Shown here: piece after piece, positions 23,739-35,055 of the stretch
Layout of the letters: every line of letters begins with the position of its first letter
Numbering within the stretch: the first letter of the stretch is position 1
DNA from: Octopus sinensis
Taxonomy: Eukaryota
Length of the DNA stretch: 35,972 nt
Assembly (NCBI RefSeq): GCF_006345805.1
Contig: NW_021826264.1
Location: forward strand, 1-35,972
Direction of reading: 5' to 3'
Program-made: the position numbers and the translations under genes
Notes under the pieces: generated by a model
Seen by the model: only the letters and a program-made list of their open reading frames with translations
Databases searched by the model: none
Told to the model about the DNA's origin: nothing

Positions 23739-24128
23739 GGCGCAGGCGTGGCTGTGTGATAAGAAACATGCTTCTCAACCACATGGTTCCGGGTTCAGTC
23801 CTACTACGGAGCACCTTGAACTAGTGTCTTCTACTTTAGCCTCGGGCTTACCAAAGCCTTGTAAGTGGATTTCGTGGACGGAAACTGAAAGGAGCCCGTC
23901 ATGTGTGTGTGTGTGTGTGTGTGTGTGTTTGTCCCTCACCACTGATGAGAAGCCGATGTTGGTGTGTTTACATCCCCGTAACTTAGTGATTCGGGGAAAA
24001 GATATCGATAGAATACGCATAAGGTTTAGCAAAAAATAAGTAGCGGGGTCGAATCATTCGACTAAAAAACTCTTCAATGCGATGCCGCAGCATGGCCGTA
24101 GTCTAATGACTGAACAAAGATATAAGAT
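23739..24128 (+). mobile_element. SINE family A, full length, diverged
   Basis: Same head, internal (TG)n and tail as the other copies. Confidence 0.88.
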
Positions 24129-24273
24129 ATTTCTTTCTCCCTGATGTCTCAACTTGCTTTTGAAACGGTTAACTTAGACGACATTTTCATCCTAAAATAG
24201 TAGAGAGAAATCGGAAAACTTAAATCGAATAAATTGTTGTAGGGAATTAGTAATAATGATACACCCCCTCCTA

Positions 24274-24548
24274 TGTAACCAGTAGAATGAATGAATCACT
24301 ATAAGTAAGGTGACGTCGGCCAGTATCGGGAGAGTAGGTGTTAGACTGTGTTGAGAGTCGTGTCTGGACTGATCTAGTAATTATACTGCGATACCAAGTG
24401 GGCGTTAGAACGATCCAAACCTTTGAAGATAATAACACTGTACGAATAGGGGTCATGCAGTGCCAGAAAATAAATATGCCATCAACGACTTCGGATTTAT
24501 AACAATATCTGTCGGAGCGACAACCGTCGTACAAAGACAAATACTACA
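24274..24548 (+). mobile_element. Possible solo or truncated LTR
   Basis: TGTA...TACA ends, internal tataag and aataaa, followed by gTGG. No TSD visible. Confidence 0.35.
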
Positions 24549-24676
24549 GTGGCAAAAGACTGCTTTATAATATAAATAAATTTATATTGAAATTTTAATT
24601 AGAAATTATTTCACTTTTGTCTTATTTACCATTTTCATTCTTATTTTTGCTTCTTTTTTTCTTTTTTTTTTCACAG

Positions 24677-24777
24677 TTTGTCGTTAGTGAGGATGGTGTT
24701 TGTGGATTAAACTACGAACACTCACCTTCTGAAGGAATTGCTGTTGTGCAGTTAGTGGAGCATACACTAAAGTATAT
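24677..24777 (+). CDS. ChAT: Internal exon of choline O-acetyltransferase (choline/carnitine acyltransferase family) containing the catalytic histidine
   Basis: Long poly-T tract plus cacag acceptor ending at 24676, and gtaagt donor at 24778. The 101 nt translate as FVVSEDGVCGLNYEHSPSEGIAVVQLVEHTLKY(M). This matches the ChAT segment as I recall it (vertebrate [20 protein letters not shown], insect YEHSCSEGIAVVQL). Phase 0 to phase 2. Confidence 0.88.
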
Positions 24778-24857
24778 GTAAGTATCACTTCTTTTATCAA
24801 TTTTGTGTATCAATATATAATCATACCTTGAATAACGAGTCATTGGCATATAAATGC

Positions 24858-25126
24858 GCCCTTTTCAAGCCTAGTTAGGCTCATGTACCCGGTTTCCAGG
24901 TTTCTTCCCTCCAGCTGGACGGGACGCCAGTCCATCGCAGCGATACTCAAGAAACAGAAAGAGTGAGAGAAAGTAGGGGCGAAAGAGTACACCACCCCCT
25001 GCCAGGGCCTCGTGGAGCTTTAGGTGTTTTCGCTCAATAAACACACACAACGCCCGGTCTGGGAATCGAAACCGCGACCCTCCGACCGGGAGTCCGCTGC
25101 CCTAACCACTGGGCCATTGCGCCTCC
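24858..25126 (-). mobile_element. tRNA-derived SINE family B (tail type 2)
   Basis: Head nearly identical to the 9521 copy (ggaggcgcaatggcccagtggtt), but the tail is ctgcgatggactggcgtcccgtccag...gaaaccggg. Confidence 0.88.
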
Positions 25127-26996
25127 TATAAACACATTAGCTGACAGATAACTAAAGAATCCAAGAAATATTTGATACTGTATTGTGTCCATGATCATGT
25201 GGTTTAATACATATGATTTACTCACGCTAGGTACCATGAGGTACCATGAGTGGGTAATATTTTTCGTTTTAATCAACAAGTGTATTGATTAAACTGACGA
25301 GTATTAATTAGATAGCAGTGAAATGTTCAGCTCAAATCTAATCTTCGTTAAAACAGAAACATGGACTCCACCATGTTAAATTATTCTAGATACGCTGCAT
25401 CATGTCGATGTCTAATTGTGTGTCAAAGATACAGTAGGTTCTAGAATTGACCATATTATAGGCCTCACGAATGCCAAGCTAGTTTTGCTTGTTATTACTT
25501 TGATACCAAGGTCCATCCATACATTATTGTTAAGCGAAACGTTTGTTATGTTTCGTAAATGTTCATGCGATACCTCGAGCTATTCACTTGTCATTGATAC
25601 GGACGGCCCTCCCATGGATGATTTTCAAACTGGTGTAGTTCTGCCTGTGTCAGATACACAAAGAGACTATAGAAACTGGGATCAAAAATGGGAAGTGTTG
25701 AGTGATGGTTGCGTGCAAATGTCGGAATGAGCGCAGGAAAACATCCGTTGTGAACTTTAGCTGAAACGAAATAAAAGGCTGCGTTACGTCAAACTTTTGC
25801 CTCGAGCCATATCTAGACAAGCTGAACACATTCAGCCCTGCCACTTTCATATGCTGATTCTGCTGTCTAGCTTTCTTGCATTCGCTTTCAAATTAATATA
25901 GTTGTCTTTGTATGTCTCTCTTTATCTCACTGGGTTATTTTCTTTAGTTTCTTCTCTTTATTTTCTCTTTCCCTTCTGTTTTCTCTTTCTTCTAAATGAT
26001 TGACTGTGTACTTGTCATTAAGTGTTGTCGTACATTCTTATATCTCATGTAATATTCCATCTTTAAACGATACTATTTCAAGCATTTCTTTCTCTTCTTT
26101 CACTTATCTTCCTCTTCTCGTTTTTCTCTTATTCTATCTTTCTTTTATCTCTGGGACATTTTCTAACACTGTACACATGTCTACGCGTGTGAGTGTGTTC
26201 AACTTCCTATTACAAATCTAAACAGCATATGTCTGTGATACTTCACATTCGGTAAATAAATCTAAAATTAAGATTGTGCGATCGAAATTGGCCGTCAGCG
26301 AAACAATTTCGGACTTTTTTTTTTGTTTGCTTGCTTTATGTATGTATAATTGTTTTTGTTTTTTTTCTTTCTACATTCAGGTCTGTTTGTAAGTTCTCAG
26401 AGGTCATAAGGTCACTCGAACTGCTAAAACATTCTTGGCAGCTTGACAAAACAAAACAAAATATTCTAAAAAAACCTATATTAAAACAATATCGTACGTT
26501 ATTTTTCTGCCGTTTTCATAAATACGATCTCATACTCAATTTGTGTGACGTATGATGTCTTAAAGCAGGTCAACGCTTATCAGACATAATTAAACGCTTT
26601 CCGACCGTGCCTATCTCCTCTTTATATCAAAGAGTACAATGTTCCTTTTTAAATGGTGTTATGAGATTCCAAGAAAATTTGGTAGCAATTTTTAGCGAGG
26701 AGAACGACTACACAGAGAAGTCTTCGTTGGAGCGTATGGGAGAGCGTTGGGCCCGTAAGACCTTCGGTTCACAGAAATTATACGAAGTTTTCGCTATTTT
26801 CCCAAAGAGGGCCACATGGAATGTGATATGGTTCCAGCCGAATATGGGAAGCAGGTTGCGGATAGGCTGTTAGCTACATTCATAGTGCTCGTCGTAGATA
26901 TATATACTAATATTCACTTTTTCCTGACAGGGGTGGGGCATAAGTTGAAGGGAAATCCGATGTTGCAACATTTATACCTTTTCTAAAGGAAACTAT

Positions 26997-27290
26997 GTGT
27001 AGATGCGTGGCTTAGTGGTTAGCGTAGTTAGCTCACAGACGTGAGTTCGATTCCCGGCGGCGTATTGTGTCTTTGAGCAAGACACTTTATTTCACATTGC
27101 TCAACTGACAAAAATGAGTAGTACATGTATTTCAAGGGGCCAGCCTTGTCACATTCTGTCATGCTGAATCTCCCTGAGAACTACGTTAAGGGTATGTATC
27201 TGCGGAGTGTTCAGCACGTTAATTTCACGAGTGGGCAGCTCCGTTGATCGGATTAACTAGAACACTCGTCATAACCGAAGGAGTGCCAGT
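26997..27290 (+). mobile_element. Diverged SINE related to family B (tail type 1)
   Basis: tggcttagtgg and gagttcgattcc boxes. The 3' half matches 9720-9900 (gaactacgttaagggta...cgttgatcggat...taaccga). Confidence 0.8.
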
Positions 27291-27575
27291 AAAGGCAACT
27301 GTGAAAAATGTGCCACTTGGATAGGATACCATTCCATCACAGATAGCTTTTCCTATAGGTTAAAAGTTATGGAGAGAAACGTTAAGTGTTTGGTATTGCT
27401 TAGTATTATAATAAACTATACACTGCATAATCCATTTACATCTAGGTGGCCTTGGACATTTGAGAGTAAGGTCGAGGAGAGAACACAAAGCAGGAAACAA
27501 AATACGAACCACGAACCATTTGGTTTGTTGTCCAATGTCCAATCCACTCAACCACCCGACTCGCATATAAACCTG

Positions 27576-27742
27576 ATATAACCATACAATAATGATTATA
27601 TATATAATAATAAATTCAGGGTGAATACTGCGATAATGTAAGTACTGATAGTTGATAGGATATATGTATCAAAAGAAAAACATGACGCAAAGTACCGCCA
27701 AAATCCTTTGCGTCATGTTTTTCTTTTGATACATACATACAC

Positions 27743-27805
<63 letters not shown>

Positions 27806-27824
27806 CATTATTGTATGGTTATAT
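27576..27824. repeat. Nested palindrome: perfect 30-bp hairpin inside a second inverted pair of about 31 bp
   Basis: 27663-27692 pairs perfectly with 27706-27735 (13-nt loop). 27576-27606 pairs with 27794-27824. Confidence 0.9.
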
Positions 27825-29169
27825 TCAAATTGTTTACGCATTTAACTCGTTTGTTTACGTATCTTATCTTGCGGCCCGCTTGATGCTTTCTTGAAATGGG
27901 TTTATTTAAACAAACATTAAAAAAATTTTATCTAAAATTAAAGATTGTAAATGAAAAGTTAAAAAGAAAGATACTAATGTTTTAGCAACGATAATATTTC
28001 GTGTTGAATCAACGATCATTCATTCATTATTGTAATAATAGCATGAGAAAGCAAAATGCTTTCAATTCTGTCAGTATACAAACGGCTCTCAAAAACTTTC
28101 TGTACTTAAAGTGGCCCGCAATGTCATTTGAGTTGACCAGGCCTGGAATAAACCCTTCATGGCTGTGCCCCTGCATGACCACAATCCAATAACGGACACA
28201 AATAAAAGATAAAAGTTAAGCTTTTTATAAAATGGAATTGCAGTTATGAGGTTATCTTTTTCTTTTCTGTTCAAAAATCGATGTGTATCACATAAAAGCC
28301 CGCAGTGCATCACTATTGACATGCATGTCATAGGTTTAGCCTCACTGTTACAGCCAACACAACCTTGGAATACCTATATGATCTTGTTATAGTTTAAATA
28401 ATCTTGATCACAGGACTGGAAGCTAACTAATCACTTGTTGATTTTCGTTGAAGCTTTATTCCACGTCTTACCTCATTAACCAAAGACATTCACATCATTG
28501 TCTTTAGGCATCTGTGTTTAAGATAAAGTATACAGAGTATGGTATACTGTTCAGTGTGTCCTTCCTTTAAGAAAGGCCGTATGGTGTGATTTGAGAGTAA
28601 CTAAAAGTCTAGCAATTGCGCAGAGTTTCTCTCAGCTGCTACTATAACCACAAGACTTATTTTCCTTTCATTTATATCTGCTGGTCTCTTGTTAAAAAGA
28701 ATTCTGTAAATTTGAAAATGTCTGAACGATGAATATGAGATGTTTACGCAACAAGTCACCTTATGACTGAAATATGAATAAATATCCCTTTCTCTTAGAT
28801 ATTGATAATTTTCTTGAGTCAAATCAATACTTGTGTGTGTGTGTGTGTGTGTAACGGCATCAAAAGAAAATAGGTTACGTGATCAAATACCACTGTTTTT
28901 CATTGATTTTTCAAATTCTATTGACTTATTTTACTACACTCCGAAGTAAAATAGATTTTGACTTCAGTTACAAGATCACTCATTTGGAGGAGAGAAGCAA
29001 TCGGTTGAATCGACTCCGTGATATTACTGGTATTTATTTTATCGATGTCAGAGATGGAAAAAGCAGAGTTGGAGCCACCAGAATTTTAATTCAGGATGTG
29101 GAGAAATGAGAAACTAAATGCCAAGTTACTTTTATTCCATTCCTTACACCTTTCCTAGCAGAAGCCTCT

Positions 29170-29358
29170 AGATGGTCATTTGACCTACAAGAAATTGTAA
29201 CGAAATATCCCTTAAATCACATCCTATCGTCTTATGAATTGGTATGTCGTTCTAGGTTGCCTGTACATAGGAACAAGATGGGATGGTCATGGCTAGGATG
29301 CCTTTGACCATAGACTTCATTGATCGAACCTGATCTAGAACTAAGCAACAACAACAAC
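29170..29358 (+). mobile_element. Degraded interspersed repeat with (CAA)n tail
   Basis: Similar segments at about 19465-19665 (+) and 8220-8320 (-), e.g. aagaaat..cct(c/t)aaa..acatcc and catggct. Confidence 0.45.
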
Positions 29359-29723
29359 TCTCTAAATTTGCTTATGCTATCAATCCCGAAATTTAAAAGC
29401 AAAAAAGGGCAACGATGACGTATTTTGCCTCCCGACTATCCTTTTTTTTCACATTTAATGATTATAATAATGATATCTAATGGAGGCACAGATTACACAT
29501 TCTGGAAGCTTCGTATAGTCTACCAGGAGGCTGTAGAGCAGAAAAAAAAGAGAAAAAATGTATGCGAGATTTCATCTGATATAAAAAGAAGGTTAACTAT
29601 ATTTTGAAGAACGTTTTGCATGGAGCTTTGTTGATCCAATTGGTTGTAAGCCACGAACCACAAACTGTAAATTCAGGTTTTGGTCAATGATTAGGACTAT
29701 CGTATACTAATATTTACGGCAGT

Positions 29724-29905
29724 TAAGGCGGCGAGCTAGTATAATCGTTAGCACGCTGGCAAAATGGTGGCCGCATTTCGTCCGTCTCTGTGTTCTCAGT
29801 TCAAATTCCGCCGAGATCGACTTTGCCTTTCAATCTTTCGGTGTTGCTAAAATAAGTACTGGGATTATCTTCCCCACTCTCCTCAAATTGATGGCCTTGT
29901 GCCAA
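29724..29905 (+). mobile_element. SINE family C, diverged
   Basis: taaggcggcgagct head, gttcaaattccgccgag, and gactttgcctttc core as at 13492. Confidence 0.8.
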
Positions 29906-29966
29906 TATTTATAGCATATATATATATATATAAATCAAAATAAGCAACAAGGATATCTAGAGGTAA

Positions 29967-30053
29967 TGCAGTACGATCGTTTCATGCGACTCCATTTAAT
30001 TGAACAATGCAATCATGACATCAATTTAAAATGTAGAGCAATCTTCAGCTACA
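29967..30053 (-). ncRNA. Type I hammerhead-ribozyme-like motif with complete core and long stem II
   Basis: Minus strand: UGUAG-CUGAAGA-[58-nt irregular stem II]-GAAA-CGAUC-GUA^CUGCA. Stem I is UGUAG/CUGCA and stem III is the palindrome ACGAUCGU. Confidence 0.6.
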
Positions 30054-30167
30054 CAAAAACATAGAATTTAATTAAATTTGAAGGACACAATAGTATAATT
30101 TGATCCAAAATCTCCAAGAGGATAAGGAGATAGACAAAGAACATGTTTTACCAACAACATCATACAC

Positions 30168-30233
<66 letters not shown>

Positions 30234-30255
30234 TGTGTGCGTGTGTGTGTATTGT

Positions 30256-30528
30256 GAGGTGCTTGGCTTAGTGGTGAGCGGTGTTGCACTCACAATGTGC
30301 TTCGTGTGGTTTCTATTCCCAGATCGGGCGTTACGTTGTGTTCTTGAACAAATGACTTATTTTCACTCTGCAATCATTTCGTCCTCTAAAATGTGGCGCG
30401 TCGTGCACCTGTACAGGTAATGTCGATTATGTGAACACAAACATTGATCTCAATAAACAAATTACATGCGTGGTTGTTCAGCAAGAAATTGCAGAAAACC
30501 CTCTTGGGTTGTTTAACGACGGGAGAGC
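30256..30528 (+). mobile_element. Old tRNA-derived SINE
   Basis: gaggtgcttggcttagtgg head and ggtttctattcccaga box B remnant, similar to family B. Confidence 0.55.
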
Positions 30529-30531
30529 CCA

Positions 30532-30602
<71 letters not shown>

Positions 30603-30782
30603 ATAATATATATTATATAACTCTCTTATACACACGCACGCGTACCTTCGTTTTGGGATCACCACCACTTTGATATCTCCCCTTCTCCCTAGCTCTCCTG
30701 TGTGACCCTTCTGTCCGGCGTTCACTATGATAGATCGCTAGCCACAACACATTCTTTATTTTCTCTCCTTGTTGCTTTCTGT

Positions 30783-30824
30783 GTCCCTTTCTGTGGAAGA
30801 GCGTAGGCTCGAAACGTTGAAGAC
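30783..30824 (+). ncRNA. Degenerate minimal hammerhead-like motif within a probable Penelope-derived repeat (about 30620-30916)
   Basis: cttt-CTGTGGAA-GAGC gtag GCTC-GAAA-CGTT-gaag. Clean stem II and palindromic AACGTT, but the core deviates from CUGANGA. Confidence 0.4.
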
Positions 30825-30914
30825 TTTTTCACTTCCCGACTGTTATACTAATACATCTGTTTGTTGTCTACGCCCCCTGTCTTCGTCTTTTGTTTTTTTT
30901 TTGGTGAATTCTCC

Positions 30915-30965
<51 letters not shown>

Positions 30966-31117
30966 ATTCTGTACTATATTCTATAATCTTTTAACACCTG
31001 GTTTGGAGTTCTTTTATTTCATCCTCTGCTTGTATCAAATTCTTTGAAACGTCAATGCTTATCTCCTATTTGCTAATTTAAACGAGTAACTCTACAACTT
31101 TGTTTTAATCTCTACAG

Positions 31118-31249
31118 GGAAGAGCTTCGAGCCATGAGACTACATCGCATGCAGTCCATTTGTGACCTGCCTTATCCACGAAAACTGAAATGGAAACTAA
31201 CCGAAGTTTTAAACAAGGATATTGCAGATGCCAGTAAAGCCATTGATAA
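31118..31249 (+). CDS. ChAT: Next internal exon of choline O-acetyltransferase
   Basis: Acceptor tgttttaatctctacag ends at 31117, and gtaagt donor starts at 31250. The first G completes the AT left by the previous exon (ATG). Translation (M)EELRAMRLHRMQSICDLPYPRKLKWKLTEVLNKDIADASKAID(K/N) carries the LPxPRxLxW motif that follows the catalytic His in this family. 132 nt, phase 2 to 2; the intervening intron is 6340 bp. Confidence 0.85.
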
Positions 31250-31268
31250 GTAAGTAACATCTATGTAT

Positions 31269-31566
31269 GTTGTTTGTTCCTTCTCGAGCCATGCCTGGCT
31301 CATGATGGCCGGTTTTCCGGTTTCTTGGCGTATAGGTTCTCCACCTGGACGGGACGCCGGTCCGTCGCAGGTAAGCTGCAAGAGGAAAGAGTGAGAGAAA
31401 GTTGTGGTGAAAGAGTCAGCAGAAGTTTCGCCATTACCTTCTGCCGGAGCCGCATAGAGCTTAGGTGTTTCGCTCATAAACACACACATCGCCCGGTCTG
31501 AGACTCGAACCCGCGATCCCTCGACCGCGAGTCCGCTGCTCTAACCACTAGGTCATGTGCGTCCAC
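31269..31566 (-). mobile_element. tRNA-derived SINE (family B-related, tail type 2) with 13-bp TSD
   Basis: TSD aacatctatg(t/c)at at 31256-31268 and 31567-31579. Box B gggttcgagtc on the minus strand. Confidence 0.92.
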
Positions 31567-31818
31567 AACATCTATGCATAGCAATACCATACACTATAAA
31601 ACGGGTGGATTTTTTTTTTTCACAAAAGAAAGAGCTTTGCAACTTTTCACAGTTAGTGTAAAAAAATTAAAAGGTGTGATACAGCTGTCTAAAGAAATAT
31701 GAAAAACTGTATGAATTGAAGTAAAAACCTGGAGTCTGGCTATTTAGAGCAGTGATTATTAATACACTTACTGGAAAATCTTTGTTGAGACATACATAGT
31801 AATATATTTCACATATAT

Positions 31819-32426
31819 TGGATGGATGGACGGACGGACGGACGGACGGATGGATGGATTGATGGACGGATGGATGGATGGATGGAATGATGGATGGACG
31901 GACGGTCGGACGGACAGACGGATGGATGGATGGATGGACAGACGGACGGATGGATGGATGGATGGATGGATGGATGGATGGACGGATGGATGGATGGATG
32001 GACGGACGGACGGACGGATGGATGGATGGATGGACGGATGGATGGATGGATGAACGGACGGGCGGACGGATGGATGGATGGATTGATGGATGTATTGATG
32101 GATGGATGGATGGATGGATGGACGGACGGATGGATGGATGGATGGATGGATGGATGGACGGACGGATGGATGGATGGATGGATGGACGGATGGATGGATG
32201 GTTGGATGGATGGATGGATGGATGGATGGACGGACGGACGGACGGACGGATGGATGGATGGATGGACGGACGGATGGATGGATGGATGGATGGATGGATG
32301 GATGGATGGATGGACGGACGGACGGACGGATGGACGGGCGGACGGATGGACGGACGGACGGATGGACGGACGGACGGATGGACGGACGGACGGATGGACG
32401 GACGGACGGATGGATTGATGGATGGA
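31819..32426. repeat. (GGAT)n/(GGAC)n mixed tetranucleotide array
   Basis: Direct reading. Confidence 0.95.
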
Positions 32427-32827
32427 TACGCATCTTCCTCTCGAGACAGATAGAGGAATACACAATAGGTATCAAGATCGAAACAGAGAAGAACTGATAA
32501 GCCATATACTATTACTGTTTGTCTCCAGGTCGGCCTGACTAATCAAAGGACCCAAGCCACATCTATCCCATCTTTTATTCAGGCACAGTATGTCTAGGAG
32601 TAGGGTGTAAATTGACTGCCAGCTATTTAGAGCAACTCTTCATTAGTTTGCAATAATCAGTCTACAATAGATATTTTTCTTCATTAATTTTGAGGATGGA
32701 CGATATTAAAATTGTTATTTTGATTATTTTGCTGAGAAATTGCAACGTAAGTAAAGTGAAGTAGCTAAAAGTGGAAGAATTAAATTTGCTGAACCAAAAT
32801 ATTCTCAGCTTTCCCGCTCCGCTCTAC

Positions 32828-32834
32828 TTTCTCT

Positions 32835-32903
<69 letters not shown>

Positions 32904-32944
32904 CTATCTCTACCTATCTATCTTTCTCTCTCTTCCTCTCTCTT

Positions 32945-32990
<46 letters not shown>

Positions 32991-33067
32991 CTACCTATCT
33001 ATCTTTCTCTCTCTTTCTCTCTCTCTCTATCTCTCTCTGATCTATCTATCTATCTCTACCATCTATC

Positions 33068-33120
<53 letters not shown>
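32828..33120. repeat. (CT)n/(CTAT)n compound microsatellite
   Basis: Direct reading. The sub-block ctatctatctttctctct is repeated. Confidence 0.92.
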
Positions 33121-33123
<3 letters not shown>

Positions 33124-33426
33124 AAAATTTACTCATAGAGCGTTGGTCAGCCTGAAGCTAACGTAAAAGACTCTTGGCCGAGATACCTCTTCTTGTAACC
33201 GAACTCAAACCCACGTACTTGTGAAGCGAACTGCTTAACTACAGTCATGTATGCATCTATGTAAAGTATACGGCGTACATAACATTTCATATCGTCTTTG
33301 ATGACACGAGAGACAACTGATGACAAGAATAGGTTGCACAAATTGCGTACTCATTCTGCGTTATTGTCGTACAATATGCGATTGATTAACAAGACTATAT
33401 GTTTGCATATTATCTAAATTATTTAT

Positions 33427-33721
33427 TGTTTGTTTGTTCCTTCTCGAGCCATGCCTGGCTTATAAGGACCGGTTTCTCGGTTTCCTTGCCGTATAGGTTC
33501 CCCACCTGGACGGGATGCCGGTCTGTCGCAGGTGAGCTGCAAGATGCAGAAGGAAAGAGTGAGAAAAAGAGTCAGCAGATGTTTGCCATTACCTTCTGCT
33601 GGAGCCGCGTGGAGCTTAGGTGTTTCGCTCATAAACACACACATCGCTCGGTCTGAGATTCGAACCCGCGATCCCTCGACCGCGAGTCCGCTGCTCTAAC
33701 CACTATGCCATGTGCCTCCAC
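33427..33721 (-). mobile_element. tRNA-derived SINE, same subfamily as 31269-31566
   Basis: Highly similar to 31269-31566. Flanking attatttat at 33418-33426 and 33724-33732. Confidence 0.92.
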
Positions 33722-34655
33722 ATATTATTTATAGTACATGCGGTTTTTCCCTAACTCTTGACTTAGAGCTGTGCTTTGCTCATTCTTTCGCCAGATTGTT
33801 CGCTTAGACATCATTGTTTATATAATTTTTTTCTTACTTTGTATACTATTCTTTTTTTTTTTTTTGGCTGTATGTTGAGATTTGATACGAGAAAACCTCG
33901 TTCTGTCTCAATTGAATAAACTCTCTCACCATTTTGTTAACGACCCGAGGCTAGTCATTTTATGAGTAGCTATTTTAATTTACTTCATTTCTGAATTGTT
34001 TGTTAGTAGACAGAACTCAATGCAGAAGACGAATAATGAAACATTTCACTAGATTTCACTTGATTTCAGTACACTAACAGAAACATGTCAGTGTTTAGTG
34101 ATTTTTGTTTGTTTTTTTTTTCTCAATGTAGTTTCCATATTCAGTTAAAATCATTGTTTTGTCTGTGTTGTTCTTTGTCTGCTGCTTTGTTCCTTCAGTG
34201 TTCGAATTGAAATACTTCCACGTTGGTAAGTGGCTTGACAAGCGTCGAAGAGAAATTATAATGTCCCGTCTAAACGCGTTAGAAATACGGTTTCTAGTCT
34301 CACTTTCCTTGCACAAATTCCTCTTTACGTCGCTTAGGCCTCAGGAGTGAACATTCACTTACGTCAAAAATTATCATATTTGGAGAAGGCAAGTGTCATA
34401 ATGTAGAAGGTAATCGATGGAAAAAAGTAATTAATATGAAAATGAGGCTCACTTCCAATTTTCGATCACAGCTATTTCACCATATCCCGATACTCTTCAC
34501 AAGGTATGAACATCTCAATTCCAGGTGCCTTATCATTCAAAAATGTTTTACACTTCACATTTGTTTTGGATTTGCGTTCCAAGCTGCCTTCAGTGATACA
34601 GTGAAAGAATTATGTTAATCTGCTCTAGAAATCAGATATACATTGTAGAAACATA

Positions 34656-35055
34656 CTCTTTTCTCTTTTACTTGTTTCAGTCATTTGACTGCGCCATGCT
34701 GGATCACCGCCTTAATCGAGCAACTCGACCCGGAACTTATTCTTTGTAAGCCCAGTACTTTCTATCGGTCTCTTTTGCCGAACAGCTAAAGTAACGGGGA
34801 CATAAACACACCAGCAATCGGTTATTCAAGCGATGTTGGGGGGACAAACCCAGACACACCAAACACACACACCGCATATATATATACATATATACGACGG
34901 GCTTCTTTCAGTTTCCGTCTACCAAATCCACTCACAAGGCTTTGGTCGGCCCGAGGCTATAGTAGAAGACACTTGCCCAAGGTGTCACGCAGTGGGACTG
35001 AACCGGAACCATGAGGCTGGTAAACAAGCTACTTACCACACAGCCACTCTGCGCC
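34656..35055 (-). mobile_element. SINE family A, full length
   Basis: Reverse complement of the family A consensus seen at 15866, with small indels. Confidence 0.9.

Noticed and set aside
25294-25330. CTGACGA...GAAA hammerhead candidate
   Set aside because: No convincing stem II or stem I pairing.
31768-32505. PSIH/MDGW repeat ORFs
   Set aside because: Translations of the GGAT/GGAC microsatellite.
33795-33840. Possible next ChAT exon after ccag (IVRLDIIVY)
   Set aside because: The resemblance is in phase 0. The required phase-2 frame hits TAG after three codons, and no YGK or SPD motif follows.
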